Assembly: GCA_027487075.1 (NCBI GenBank)
Contig: JAIYEG010000006.1
Coordinates: 4,468-68,467 of the forward strand
Source: a bacterium
GTDB taxonomy: Bacteria > Patescibacteriota > Minisyncoccia > Phycocordibacterales > CALRBL01
DNA length: 64,000 nucleotides
Reading direction: 5' to 3'
The notes beneath the pieces are model-generated. The model saw nothing but the letters and a program-made list of their open reading frames with translations. It was not told the DNA's origin and did no database searches. Shown here one piece after another: positions 26,824-35,475 of the stretch. Position 1 is the stretch's first letter; each line of letters opens with the position of its first letter. Made by a program: the position numbers and the translations under genes.

Positions 26824-26862
26824 GATGGTTTGTTGTTGATAATAAAAACATCTTAGCATAAG

Positions 26863-27504
26863 ATGAATGCCAAGATGAAAACAGCACCATTCATAGTTCT
26901 CGACGGTGGGGAGGGTGCTGGTAAAACCACACTTCTCAAACGTCTCAAGTCACACTTTGGAGACACACTGGTGGCTACTCGCGAACCAGGAGGATCTCCT
27001 GAGGCCGAAGCAATTCGTGCCTATATCTTTGCTCATCCTGAATTCACCCCCAAAGAGCAGTTTGATTTATTTTGGAAAGCTCGGGAGCTCCACTTAAGAC
27101 AAACCATTATTCCTGCTATTGAAAGTGGAAAGATGGTGGTGTGCGATCGGTTCGACTCCTCGACTTTTGCGTATCAGCTGGTGGAGAAAGGTAATATGGA
27201 ACTGGAACCCGATTTTTGGGAGAAACGTGAGCAGATTGTAGGCACTCAAGCACCGGATCTCTACATTTACTTGGATGTTGATGTCGAGACAGGGTTGCGT
27301 CGTAAGCACGTTCAACAACAGGAAGGCAAGGAAGTTCTCAATCATTTTGATGATGCGAGTGTGGAAGATCAAAAGCGTAGACAACATGGTTTTCTTACGT
27401 TTTTTCAGAGAGTCCCTCATCGTGTCGTAGATGCGAATAGAGGAATTGATGAGGTATACGACGATCTTGTCAAGATTCTTGAGGAAGCAAGAGCGAAATT
27501 TTGA
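26863..27504 (+). CDS. tmk: thymidylate kinase
   Basis: FIVLDGGEGAGKTT...TREPGGSPEAEAIR. Confidence 0.9.
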   Translation: MNAKMKTAPFIVLDGGEGAGKTTLLKRLKSHFGDTLVATREPGGSPEAEAIRAYIFAHPEFTPKEQFDLFWKARELHLRQTIIPAIESGKMVVCDRFDSSTFAYQLVEKGNMELEPDFWEKREQIVGTQAPDLYIYLDVDVETGLRRKHVQQQEGKEVLNHFDDASVEDQKRRQHGFLTFFQRVPHRVVDANRGIDEVYDDLVKILEEARAKF

Positions 27505-27576
27505 TTCAACGGGAGGACCGCAAGGTTCTCCCGTTTTTCATTTTGCGCTTTTTTGTGATCGCGCTATTCTGTATCT

Positions 27577-28764
27577 ATGAAAGACACCACCGTCAAAAAA
27601 TTACTCACCGCAGAAGCAAAGCGTCAGAAGTCAGTTGTTAACCTCATCGCATCCGAAAACTATGTGTCAGACGACGTGCTCGAAGCGCTCGGTTCTGAGC
27701 TCACCAACAAATACTCAGAGGGGTATCCAGGAAAGCGTTACTACGGCGGCAATGAGATTGTCGACAAAGTCGAGCTCCTTGCACAACAGCGCGCCTTCAA
27801 GCTGTTCGGGCTTTCTCCAAAGAAGTGGGCAGTGAATGTACAACCTCTTTCTGGTTCTCCTGCAAACTTCGCCGTGTATACCGCACTTCTTCCCAAAGAT
27901 GGTACGGGAAAAATTATGGGTATGTCGCTCGACAATGGGGGACACCTCACTCACGGACACAAAGCATCTGCGACAGGAAAATTCTTTCAGCAGATTTCAT
28001 TCGGCGTTGATGCGAAAACTGAAGTCATCGATTATGGAGCACTAAAACTCAAAGCGATTGCGGAGAAACCGCACATCATCGTTGCAGGGTTTACCGCATA
28101 CCCACGCAAAGTTGATTGGAAGCAGTTTCGAGAAATCGCAGATGCATGCGGAGCGCTTCTCATGGTAGACATGTCACATATTGCTGGACTCATTGCAGGC
28201 AAAGCGTATCCGACACCGTTTCAATATGCAGATGTCGTGACCACCACCACTCACAAGAGCCTTCGAGGTCCGCGCTCAGCAATGATTTTCTCAAAAATCG
28301 ATGATCGAGCGATTCCATCAAAAATCGACAAAGCAGTATTTCCCGGCCTTCAGGGAGGTCCTCACAACAATCAGATTGCGGGTATTGCAGTGGCACTAGC
28401 GGAAGCTGCAACGCCAAAGTTTAAGGCATATGCTAAGCAAGTGATGAAGAATGCGAAAGTGCTTGCTACCGAACTTCAGAAAAAAGGATGGAAGATTGTA
28501 TCAGGAGGAACCGACAGTCACATGGTACTTGTTGATACATGGATGGGTGGAAAGGGAATCTCAGGTTCTGAAGCGAGTGATCGCCTCGAGAAGGTAGGCA
28601 TCATCGTGAATAAAAATACCATCCCAGGAGAATCTCGATCTGCGTTTGATCCCTCAGGTATTCGTCTTGGAACTTGTGCCGAAACAACTCGAGGAAAGAA
28701 AGAAAAAGATTTCAAGAAGATCGCGGAGAAGATCGACAAGACACTTCGAGGGGAAACTAAATAA
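27577..28764 (+). CDS. glyA: serine hydroxymethyltransferase
   Basis: VVTTTTHKSLRGPRSAMIF PLP-lysine motif. Confidence 0.95.
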   Translation: MKDTTVKKLLTAEAKRQKSVVNLIASENYVSDDVLEALGSELTNKYSEGYPGKRYYGGNEIVDKVELLAQQRAFKLFGLSPKKWAVNVQPLSGSPANFAVYTALLPKDGTGKIMGMSLDNGGHLTHGHKASATGKFFQQISFGVDAKTEVIDYGALKLKAIAEKPHIIVAGFTAYPRKVDWKQFREIADACGALLMVDMSHIAGLIAGKAYPTPFQYADVVTTTTHKSLRGPRSAMIFSKIDDRAIPSKIDKAVFPGLQGGPHNNQIAGIAVALAEAATPKFKAYAKQVMKNAKVLATELQKKGWKIVSGGTDSHMVLVDTWMGGKGISGSEASDRLEKVGIIVNKNTIPGESRSAFDPSGIRLGTCAETTRGKKEKDFKKIAEKIDKTLRGETK

Positions 28765-28765
28765 T

Positions 28766-29188
28766 ATGCAGATAAAGATCAAGCGCCTTCATCCTGATGC
28801 AAAGCTGCCAAATTTCGCACGTGAGGGAGATGTGGGACTTGATCTGTATTCCTTGGAAGAAAAAACACTTCAACCCGGTGAGCACGCAATACTCTTTACT
28901 GGATTCGCACTTGAATTCCCAAATGGCTATGCCGCGATTGTTAAAGACAAATCAAGTGTTTCTAAAGCTGGTCTTCATACGATGGGTGGAGTCTTCGATG
29001 CTGGATATCGAGGTGAGTACAACGTGCACCTCGTGAATTTGAGTGACACCGCATACACTGTAGAGAAGGGAGATAAGATTGCGCAGATCGTCATGCTTAA
29101 AGTTGAACATCCGGAGATCATTGAGGTTGATGAGTTGTCAGAAAGTGAACGAGGAACAGGAGGATTCGGTAGTACGGGTAAGAAGTAA
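28766..29188 (+). CDS. dut: dUTP diphosphatase
   Basis: MQIKIKRLHPDAKLPNFAREGDVGLDLYS...GVFDAGYRGEYNVHLVN; start trimmed from the ORF track. Confidence 0.9.
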   Translation: MQIKIKRLHPDAKLPNFAREGDVGLDLYSLEEKTLQPGEHAILFTGFALEFPNGYAAIVKDKSSVSKAGLHTMGGVFDAGYRGEYNVHLVNLSDTAYTVEKGDKIAQIVMLKVEHPEIIEVDELSESERGTGGFGSTGKK

Positions 29189-29202
29189 ATAGAGGAATAA
29201 AA

Positions 29203-29307
29203 CTTACAAAACCTTTTCGGAAGGAGGCTCGCAGAGCGCGACGGCGCGAGCGTGAAAAATTTTCTAGCAAGAAAATATCTGTACTCCTGAAGAAAAGGTT
29301 TTGTGAA
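29203..29307. repeat. structured intergenic repeat element, copy B
   Basis: Arms CTTACAAAACCTTTTCGGAAGG / CCTGAAGAAAAGGTTTTGTGAA; core GCAGAGCGCGACGGCGCGAGCGTGAAAAATTTTCTAGCAAGAAAATATCTGTACTCC. Confidence 0.8.
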
Positions 29308-29521
29308 TTTTATTTGCTATACTCATTTCATGAACACCGAAGAACGCCTTCTCGCGCTGGAACAAAAGATTGATGCAATGTCAGTAGTGGTAAAAAAGCT
29401 GTACCGTGTTTTTTTGATTACCGTGATTATAAGCGTAGTTGCGTTTGTGCTTCCTTTGATCGGGCTCCTGTTTGCGATTCCATCATTTTTATCTACCTAT
29501 GCAAGTATTTTGGGACAGTAG
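29303..29521 (+). CDS. small hypothetical membrane protein
   Basis: 72 aa with one TM helix; its 5' end lies in repeat copy B, so likely starts at the internal Met (MNTEERL). Confidence 0.4.
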   Translation: MNFICYTHFMNTEERLLALEQKIDAMSVVVKKLYRVFLITVIISVVAFVLPLIGLLFAIPSFLSTYASILGQ

Positions 29522-29543
29522 CAGCTCATGCTAGACTCATCTC

Positions 29544-31310
29544 GTGAACGACACTATTAAAGCCATTATTCATAGTGCGCTTGTCGCAGAGGGAATCCCC
29601 GCTGAGGTGATATCAGCAGGAACTTTTGTGATTGAGCACCCTGCGGATCTTTCTAAAGGAGACTATTCGACCAATGCAGCGCTCGTCTACGCAAAAGTAC
29701 TCAAGCGAAATCCTGTTGAGTTGGCAAACGCGCTGGTGTCACATATCAAGCTCGAGACTGATGCGGACATAACCCGTGTAGAAGTTGCGGGTCCTGGTTT
29801 TATTAATTTCTTTCTTTCATCGCTTTTTTTCGGAAAGCAGGTGAAAGTAATTCTCGAGAATCCTGAACGTTTCGGACACTCTTCAACTATGAAAGGGCAG
29901 GTGTGGGCGGTGGAGTATGCGTCGCCAAACCCAAACAAGGCAATGCACCTTGGTCATCTTCGCAACACCATTACGGGCGTCGCACTTTGTAATTTGCTTG
30001 AAGCAAATGGAGCGACGGTCATTCGTGAGATGGTGGACAACAATCGCGGTATCTCTATCGCAAAACTTATGTGGGGCTACCTTGTGTCTGCAAAGAAAGA
30101 TGGAAACCGTGTTGAAGACCTTGCGTATTGGCAATCACACAAAGATGAATGGCACACCATCACTGCTTCAGATCGACGTGTGCTCGATGTATGGTATGTG
30201 ACAGGTTCGGAGGAGTGTAAGGATCCGGCGCAAGAAGCGAAAGTACGTGAGCTCGTGGTGAAATGGGAAGCAAAAGATCCGGTGGTGTGGGATTTATGGA
30301 AGACGGTGCTTGATTTTGCGTATCTTCTTCAGAAAGCAACGCTTACTCGTCTTGGTGCGACCTTTGATTATGTCTGGCACGAACACGAACACTATGAAGA
30401 AGGAAAGCGTTATGTAGATGCGGGTGTGAAGACTGGTGTATTTCGTGTGCTCGAAGATGGAGCAATCCTCACTACACTTGAATCATTCGGACTCAGCGAT
30501 ACGATCGTGCAAAAGAATGATGGAACATCACTCTACATCACCCAAGACATCGCTCTCACTGATCTCAAAAAGAAAAAGCACAATGCCGACCATCAGGTAT
30601 GGGTGATTGGTCCTGAGCAATCGCTTGCGCTTCAGCAATTGTTTGCAGTGTGCGAACAGCTTGGTATCGGAATGCGCGAAGAATTTTCTCATGTCTCATA
30701 TGGGTATGTGACCATCAAAGGTCAGGGCAAGATGAGTTCTCGTGAAGGGAATGTGCTCTATGCTGATGATCTTCTTGATGAGCTTCGCATAAAGACAGAG
30801 GGAATCATGGCAGAACGACTTTCGGGGCAAGATAAATCAGTTATTGCAGAAAAGATCGCGCTTGGTGCTGCAATTTATGAAATGCTCAAAGCGGGGCGCA
30901 CTAAAGATATCGCATTTGATATGGAATCAGCGCTTTCATTTGAAGGAGATTCAGGTCCGTATCTTCAGTATGCTCACACCCGCGCACTTTCTATCATGCG
31001 CAAAGCCAAAGAGCAGGGCATCGGTCCTGACGTGGATGGTGCACTTCCTCATGAAGAAAGTGAATTGATTCGAAAGATCTATCGTTTGCCAGAGGTTATC
31101 GAAGAAGCTGCAAAGCTCTATGCTCCTCAGCAGGTGGTGACGTTCCTTACCGATCTTGCGGCGACCTTTAATAATTACTATGCGCATACACAAGTGATTG
31201 CTGACAATGATGCGACGTCTGGAAGACGTGTTGCACTCGTGGCTGCGTTTGCAGAGGTTATGGAGAGTGGGTTGAAGGTTCTTGGTATCAAAACACCGGG
31301 CGTAATGTAA
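29544..31310 (+). CDS. argS: arginyl-tRNA synthetase
   Basis: Class I HIGH region (AMHLGHLRNT), DALR anticodon-binding region, KMSSREGN variant of KMSKS. Confidence 0.9.
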   Translation: MNDTIKAIIHSALVAEGIPAEVISAGTFVIEHPADLSKGDYSTNAALVYAKVLKRNPVELANALVSHIKLETDADITRVEVAGPGFINFFLSSLFFGKQVKVILENPERFGHSSTMKGQVWAVEYASPNPNKAMHLGHLRNTITGVALCNLLEANGATVIREMVDNNRGISIAKLMWGYLVSAKKDGNRVEDLAYWQSHKDEWHTITASDRRVLDVWYVTGSEECKDPAQEAKVRELVVKWEAKDPVVWDLWKTVLDFAYLLQKATLTRLGATFDYVWHEHEHYEEGKRYVDAGVKTGVFRVLEDGAILTTLESFGLSDTIVQKNDGTSLYITQDIALTDLKKKKHNADHQVWVIGPEQSLALQQLFAVCEQLGIGMREEFSHVSYGYVTIKGQGKMSSREGNVLYADDLLDELRIKTEGIMAERLSGQDKSVIAEKIALGAAIYEMLKAGRTKDIAFDMESALSFEGDSGPYLQYAHTRALSIMRKAKEQGIGPDVDGALPHEESELIRKIYRLPEVIEEAAKLYAPQQVVTFLTDLAATFNNYYAHTQVIADNDATSGRRVALVAAFAEVMESGLKVLGIKTPGVM

Positions 31311-31423
31311 CTAGCACAGAATTCTTACTCGGAGAAAACATTGCGCAAGCGCGACGGCGCGAGCATAAGAATTTTCTACCAAGAAAATATCTGTGTTTTC
31401 GAAGAGTAGAGATTTTGTGCTAG
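31311..31423. repeat. structured intergenic repeat element, copy C (exemplar), filling the whole argS-ileS gap
   Basis: Arms CTAGCACAGAATTCTTACTCGGAGAAAACAT / CTGTGTTTTCGAAGAGTAGAGATTTTGTGCTAG; core TTGCGCAAGCGCGACGGCGCGAGCATAAGAATTTTCTACCAAGAAAATATC. Confidence 0.85.
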
Positions 31424-31432
31424 GATAACCCC

Positions 31433-34400
31433 ATGTACAGCCCTCAAAGAGAGACAGAGATCCTCGATTTCTGGAAGAAACACGACATTTTTAATAAGAG
31501 CCTTGAACGGACGAAGGAGGGAGAACCTTATGTGTTTTACGATGGACCGCCTTTCGCGACGGGGCTTCCGCACGTGGGGCACGTCCTTCCATCGACGATG
31601 AAAGACCTCATGCCACGTTATCAGACCATGCGCGGTCGCTATGTGGCACGCCGATGGGGATGGGATTGTCACGGACTTCCGGTAGAAAACCTTGTCGAGA
31701 AAGAGCTTGGACTCAAAACCAAGAAAGATATTCTTGATCTTGGGATCGAGAAGTTCAACACCGCTGCCAAAAACAGCGTGCTTCGCTATGCCGATCAGTG
31801 GCGCGAGCTGGTACCACGTTTTGGACGATGGGTGGATATGGATCATGACTACCGCACTATGGATGCTGACTACACCAGCTCGGTGTGGAGTGTCTTTTCA
31901 CGCCTTAACGACAAGAAACTTGTCTACGAAGGTTTCAAAGTAATGTATGTCTGTCCTCGTTGCGAAACTAGCCTCTCAAACTTCGAAGTGAATCAGGGAT
32001 ACAAAGACATCACTGATATTTCGGTGTATGTGAAATTCGCGAAGGTGAATGCTGAAGCTGACGCGAATGCTTCAAAAGAACATCTTCTTGCGTGGACCAC
32101 AACGCCATGGACTCTTCCTGGCAATATGGCGCTTGCCGTCGGACGCGATATGGAGTATGTGAAGGTTGAAATCACGGGAGAAGAAGGTGTGGTGGTGCTT
32201 GCAACGTCACGCGTAGAGCACGTACTCAAAGGAAAAGAATATAAGGTCGTAGCAGAGATGAAGGGAAGTGAACTCGTCGGCACTTCATATGAACCTGTGT
32301 TTGATACCTACAAAAATGCTGACCTTCAAAACAAGGCGAATGCATGGAAAGTATACGCAGCTGATTTTGTAACAGATGGTGATGGAACCGGTATCGTGCA
32401 TATTGCTCCTGGATTTGGAGATGATGACCTCAGGCTTTCTCAGGCGGAGCAGATTCCATTTGTGCAGCATGTCGGAATGAATGGCATCATCAAAGATGAA
32501 GTTACTGAATTTGCAGGTCTTCATGCAAAACCAAAAGATGAAAAGAAAGATGAGCATCAAGCGACCGATATTGAAGTGATCAAGTATCTCGCAAAGAAAG
32601 GTGCACTCTTCTCAAAAGAAAAAATTGTCCACTCATATCCGCACTGTTGGCGATGCAGTACACCACTTCTTAACTTCGCTACTACCTCGTGGTTCGTGAA
32701 GGTGACTGATCTTAAAGACAAACTCGTTGCAGAGAATAATAAGATTCACTGGGTGCCAGAAGCGGTAGGTGCAAACCGCTTTGGAAAGTGGCTCGAAGGT
32801 GCTCGCGATTGGGCGGTGTCACGAGCCCGTTTTTGGGGTGCACCGATTCCCGTATGGCGAAGTGCTGACGGAAAAACTATAGAGTGCGTGAGCTCCCTTG
32901 ATGATTTGAAGAATAAGATTCGACGCAACACTTATATCGCCATGCGTCATGGTGAGTCTGAACACAATGTAAAAGGCGTGCTTGATTCATCACTCAAGAG
33001 TACCTCGCATCTCACCGACAAAGGAAAAGAAGAAGTAAAAGCAACGGCCGCTGAAATCGGCATGGTTGATGTGATATATATTTCGCCACTGCTTCGCACG
33101 AAAGAAACGGCAAAGATTGTTGAAACAACGATCGGTTATACAGGAAAGGTGATAGTTGATCCGCGACTTGCAGAGTTTGATACTGGCGACTTCGACAAGA
33201 AGCCTCGTGAAGCATTCTTTGCCTACCTCGATACACATCGAACAGGCTCATGGCTTGATATGAAGATTCCAGGTGGGGAAGGATACAAGGATGTACGCAA
33301 TCGCGTATCGGAATTTTTGTATGACATCGATGCACAGCATGAAGGTAAGCGCATCCTCATCATCACTCATGAAGCGCTTGTAAAAATGATCGAAGCGGTA
33401 TCGCTCGGTGGTACTGCAAAAGATGTGACTCATGTATGGAATCAGGGTGGGGTAGCGACTGCGGATACACGCACTATCGACTTTGCCGCTCTTCCAAAAA
33501 ATGCTGACCACGAGCTTGATCTGCATCGTCCCTATATCGACGAGATCACTTGGAACGGCTTGAAGCGAGTTCCTGATGTGTTTGATTGCTGGTTTGAATC
33601 GGGCTCAATGCCATTTGCCTCGCATCAGACCAATTACCCTGCAGAGTTTATTGCGGAAGGTCTCGATCAGACGCGCGGATGGTTCTACTCAATGCTGGTG
33701 CTCGGTGTTGCGCTCGAAGATGCATCTCCCTACAAAAACGTGGTAGTGAATGGGCTGATCCTTGCAGAAGACGGCAAGAAAATGTCAAAGAGTCTTAACA
33801 ATTATCCGCCTCTTGATAAGATTCTCGAGAAGTATGGAGTCGATTCACTGCGCTACTTCCTCCTCTCATCACCTTCAGTGAAGTCTGAAGACACCGCATT
33901 TTCTGAGAAGAGCCTGGATGAAGTGATCAAGAAGCATTTCAATCGTCTGTACAATGTCATCTCTTTGTATGACACCTTCGACTCAACGGATCTTCCGACG
34001 GTGCAATCAGAGCATGTACTCGATCAGTGGATTGTGGCACTGCTTCGCAAGACCGCTGAAACTATCACCTATCACCTTGATCGTTACGAATTCGATAAGG
34101 CAACCAAGCCACTCGGTGACTTCATCGAAGATCTTTCGGTGTGGTATATCCGTCGTTCACGCGATCGCTTTAAGAGTGATGATGTGATAGATAAAGCGGC
34201 AGCACTTGCGACGACGCGCTATGTGCTTATTGAGTTCGCAAAACTCGCGGCGCCATTTGTGCCATTCATTGCCGAAGATGTGTATCTTCATATGACGAAG
34301 GGAATGACTGATGCACAAGAAAGTGTGCATCTTGAAAGCTGGCCAACACTCGGCGCTCCCGATCAACTCGCACTCGCAAAGATGGCAGAGACACGTAAGA

Positions 34401-34861
34401 TTGTGTCGATGGCGCTTGAGGCTCGTGCAAAGCGCACCATCAAAGTACGCCAGCCACTCTCACGACTTATGCTTCGCACCGATGAATACGATATTGCCGA
34501 TGATAGTGCTTATGCCGAACTCATCAAAGATGAAGTGAATGTAAAAGAAGTGATTCTTGATAGTGCGATCGAAGATGAGGTGATGCTCGATATCACGCTT
34601 ACCCCAGAACTCATTCAGGAAGGAGTGGTGCGTGAGCTCATGCGTTTCGTGCAGGATATGCGCAAGAACGCAGGACTTTCTCCAAAAGATACGATTGTAC
34701 TCACGGTACATGCTGGTGAAAACGAAAAAGCAATCATCGAACGTTTTAAAGAAGAGCTCATGAAGACAGCGCGTATTGCAGATATTGTGTACGCTCACAC
34801 TGATGGCGAAAAACTTACCGTCGAAGACTACCACTTCACACTTTCATTGAAGACGTTGTAA
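31433..34861 (+). CDS. ileS: isoleucyl-tRNA synthetase carrying an inserted histidine-phosphatase-family domain
   Basis: HVGHVLPSTMKD (HIGH), CPRCETSLS zinc knuckle, WTTTPWTLPGN editing motif, HIAPGFGDDD, YPHCWRCSTPL, KMSKSLNN; 1142 aa single ORF. Confidence 0.9.
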   Translation: MYSPQRETEILDFWKKHDIFNKSLERTKEGEPYVFYDGPPFATGLPHVGHVLPSTMKDLMPRYQTMRGRYVARRWGWDCHGLPVENLVEKELGLKTKKDILDLGIEKFNTAAKNSVLRYADQWRELVPRFGRWVDMDHDYRTMDADYTSSVWSVFSRLNDKKLVYEGFKVMYVCPRCETSLSNFEVNQGYKDITDISVYVKFAKVNAEADANASKEHLLAWTTTPWTLPGNMALAVGRDMEYVKVEITGEEGVVVLATSRVEHVLKGKEYKVVAEMKGSELVGTSYEPVFDTYKNADLQNKANAWKVYAADFVTDGDGTGIVHIAPGFGDDDLRLSQAEQIPFVQHVGMNGIIKDEVTEFAGLHAKPKDEKKDEHQATDIEVIKYLAKKGALFSKEKIVHSYPHCWRCSTPLLNFATTSWFVKVTDLKDKLVAENNKIHWVPEAVGANRFGKWLEGARDWAVSRARFWGAPIPVWRSADGKTIECVSSLDDLKNKIRRNTYIAMRHGESEHNVKGVLDSSLKSTSHLTDKGKEEVKATAAEIGMVDVIYISPLLRTKETAKIVETTIGYTGKVIVDPRLAEFDTGDFDKKPREAFFAYLDTHRTGSWLDMKIPGGEGYKDVRNRVSEFLYDIDAQHEGKRILIITHEALVKMIEAVSLGGTAKDVTHVWNQGGVATADTRTIDFAALPKNADHELDLHRPYIDEITWNGLKRVPDVFDCWFESGSMPFASHQTNYPAEFIAEGLDQTRGWFYSMLVLGVALEDASPYKNVVVNGLILAEDGKKMSKSLNNYPPLDKILEKYGVDSLRYFLLSSPSVKSEDTAFSEKSLDEVIKKHFNRLYNVISLYDTFDSTDLPTVQSEHVLDQWIVALLRKTAETITYHLDRYEFDKATKPLGDFIEDLSVWYIRRSRDRFKSDDVIDKAAALATTRYVLIEFAKLAAPFVPFIAEDVYLHMTKGMTDAQESVHLESWPTLGAPDQLALAKMAETRKIVSMALEARAKRTIKVRQPLSRLMLRTDEYDIADDSAYAELIKDEVNVKEVILDSAIEDEVMLDITLTPELIQEGVVRELMRFVQDMRKNAGLSPKDTIVLTVHAGENEKAIIERFKEELMKTARIADIVYAHTDGEKLTVEDYHFTLSLKTL
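32920..33500 (+). other. in-frame histidine phosphatase (PGM/CobC/SixA superfamily) domain inserted in IleRS between PIPVW and DVFDCWFESG
   Basis: YIAMRHGESEHN (RHG catalytic His), ISPLLRTKETAKIV, IPGGEGYKDVRNRV, ILIITHEALVKMI (second His) in canonical order. Confidence 0.8.
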
Positions 34862-34880
34862 CTAGGTACACACATATCAT

Positions 34881-35462
34881 ATGCATACCATCTTCGAGAC
34901 CGATTGCTTCATTTTAAGAAGCGTTCCGTCAGGGGAGGCGAATAAAGTCTTCGAGCTCTTCACCAAAGAGTTTGGATTGCTTCGTGCGACCGCTCAAGGG
35001 GTGCGCCATCTTAAGTCAAAACTTCGTTACACACTCACTGATTTTGCGTTGGTGCGTGTGTCACTTGTACGCGGAAAAGAATATTGGCGCATTACCACCG
35101 CACTCAAAATAGATGATGCAATGACGGCAATCCCTGATCGTGCCTCACGTGAGGTGTTGGTGCGTATTGCGGCACTCCTTCGGCGATTGCTTCAAGGGGA
35201 AGAATCCCATCCCGAATTATTTGTATTGATGCTCACTGTATTTGAAATACTTAAGGTTGCCTCAACGGAACAACGTATGGCGATAGAAGAAGTGGCAGTG
35301 CTCCGTGTGCTGACCTTACTTGGATATGTGCAAGATGATCCGATGCTGCGTGAGCTTGCACAAGGGCAGGAATTTTCCGTGGCAGTGCTCGAACAAGCAA
35401 CACTGCTTCGAAAACAAATGGTGACGGAAATCAATCGCGCGCTACGGGCATCGAGTTTGTGA
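34881..35462 (+). CDS. recO: DNA repair protein RecO-like (short form without zinc finger)
   Basis: ETDCFILRSVPSGEANKVFELFTKEFGLLRATAQGVRHLKSKL resembles the RecO N-terminal OB domain. Confidence 0.6.
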   Translation: MHTIFETDCFILRSVPSGEANKVFELFTKEFGLLRATAQGVRHLKSKLRYTLTDFALVRVSLVRGKEYWRITTALKIDDAMTAIPDRASREVLVRIAALLRRLLQGEESHPELFVLMLTVFEILKVASTEQRMAIEEVAVLRVLTLLGYVQDDPMLRELAQGQEFSVAVLEQATLLRKQMVTEINRALRASSL

Positions 35463-35475
35463 TATACTTTTTTGT

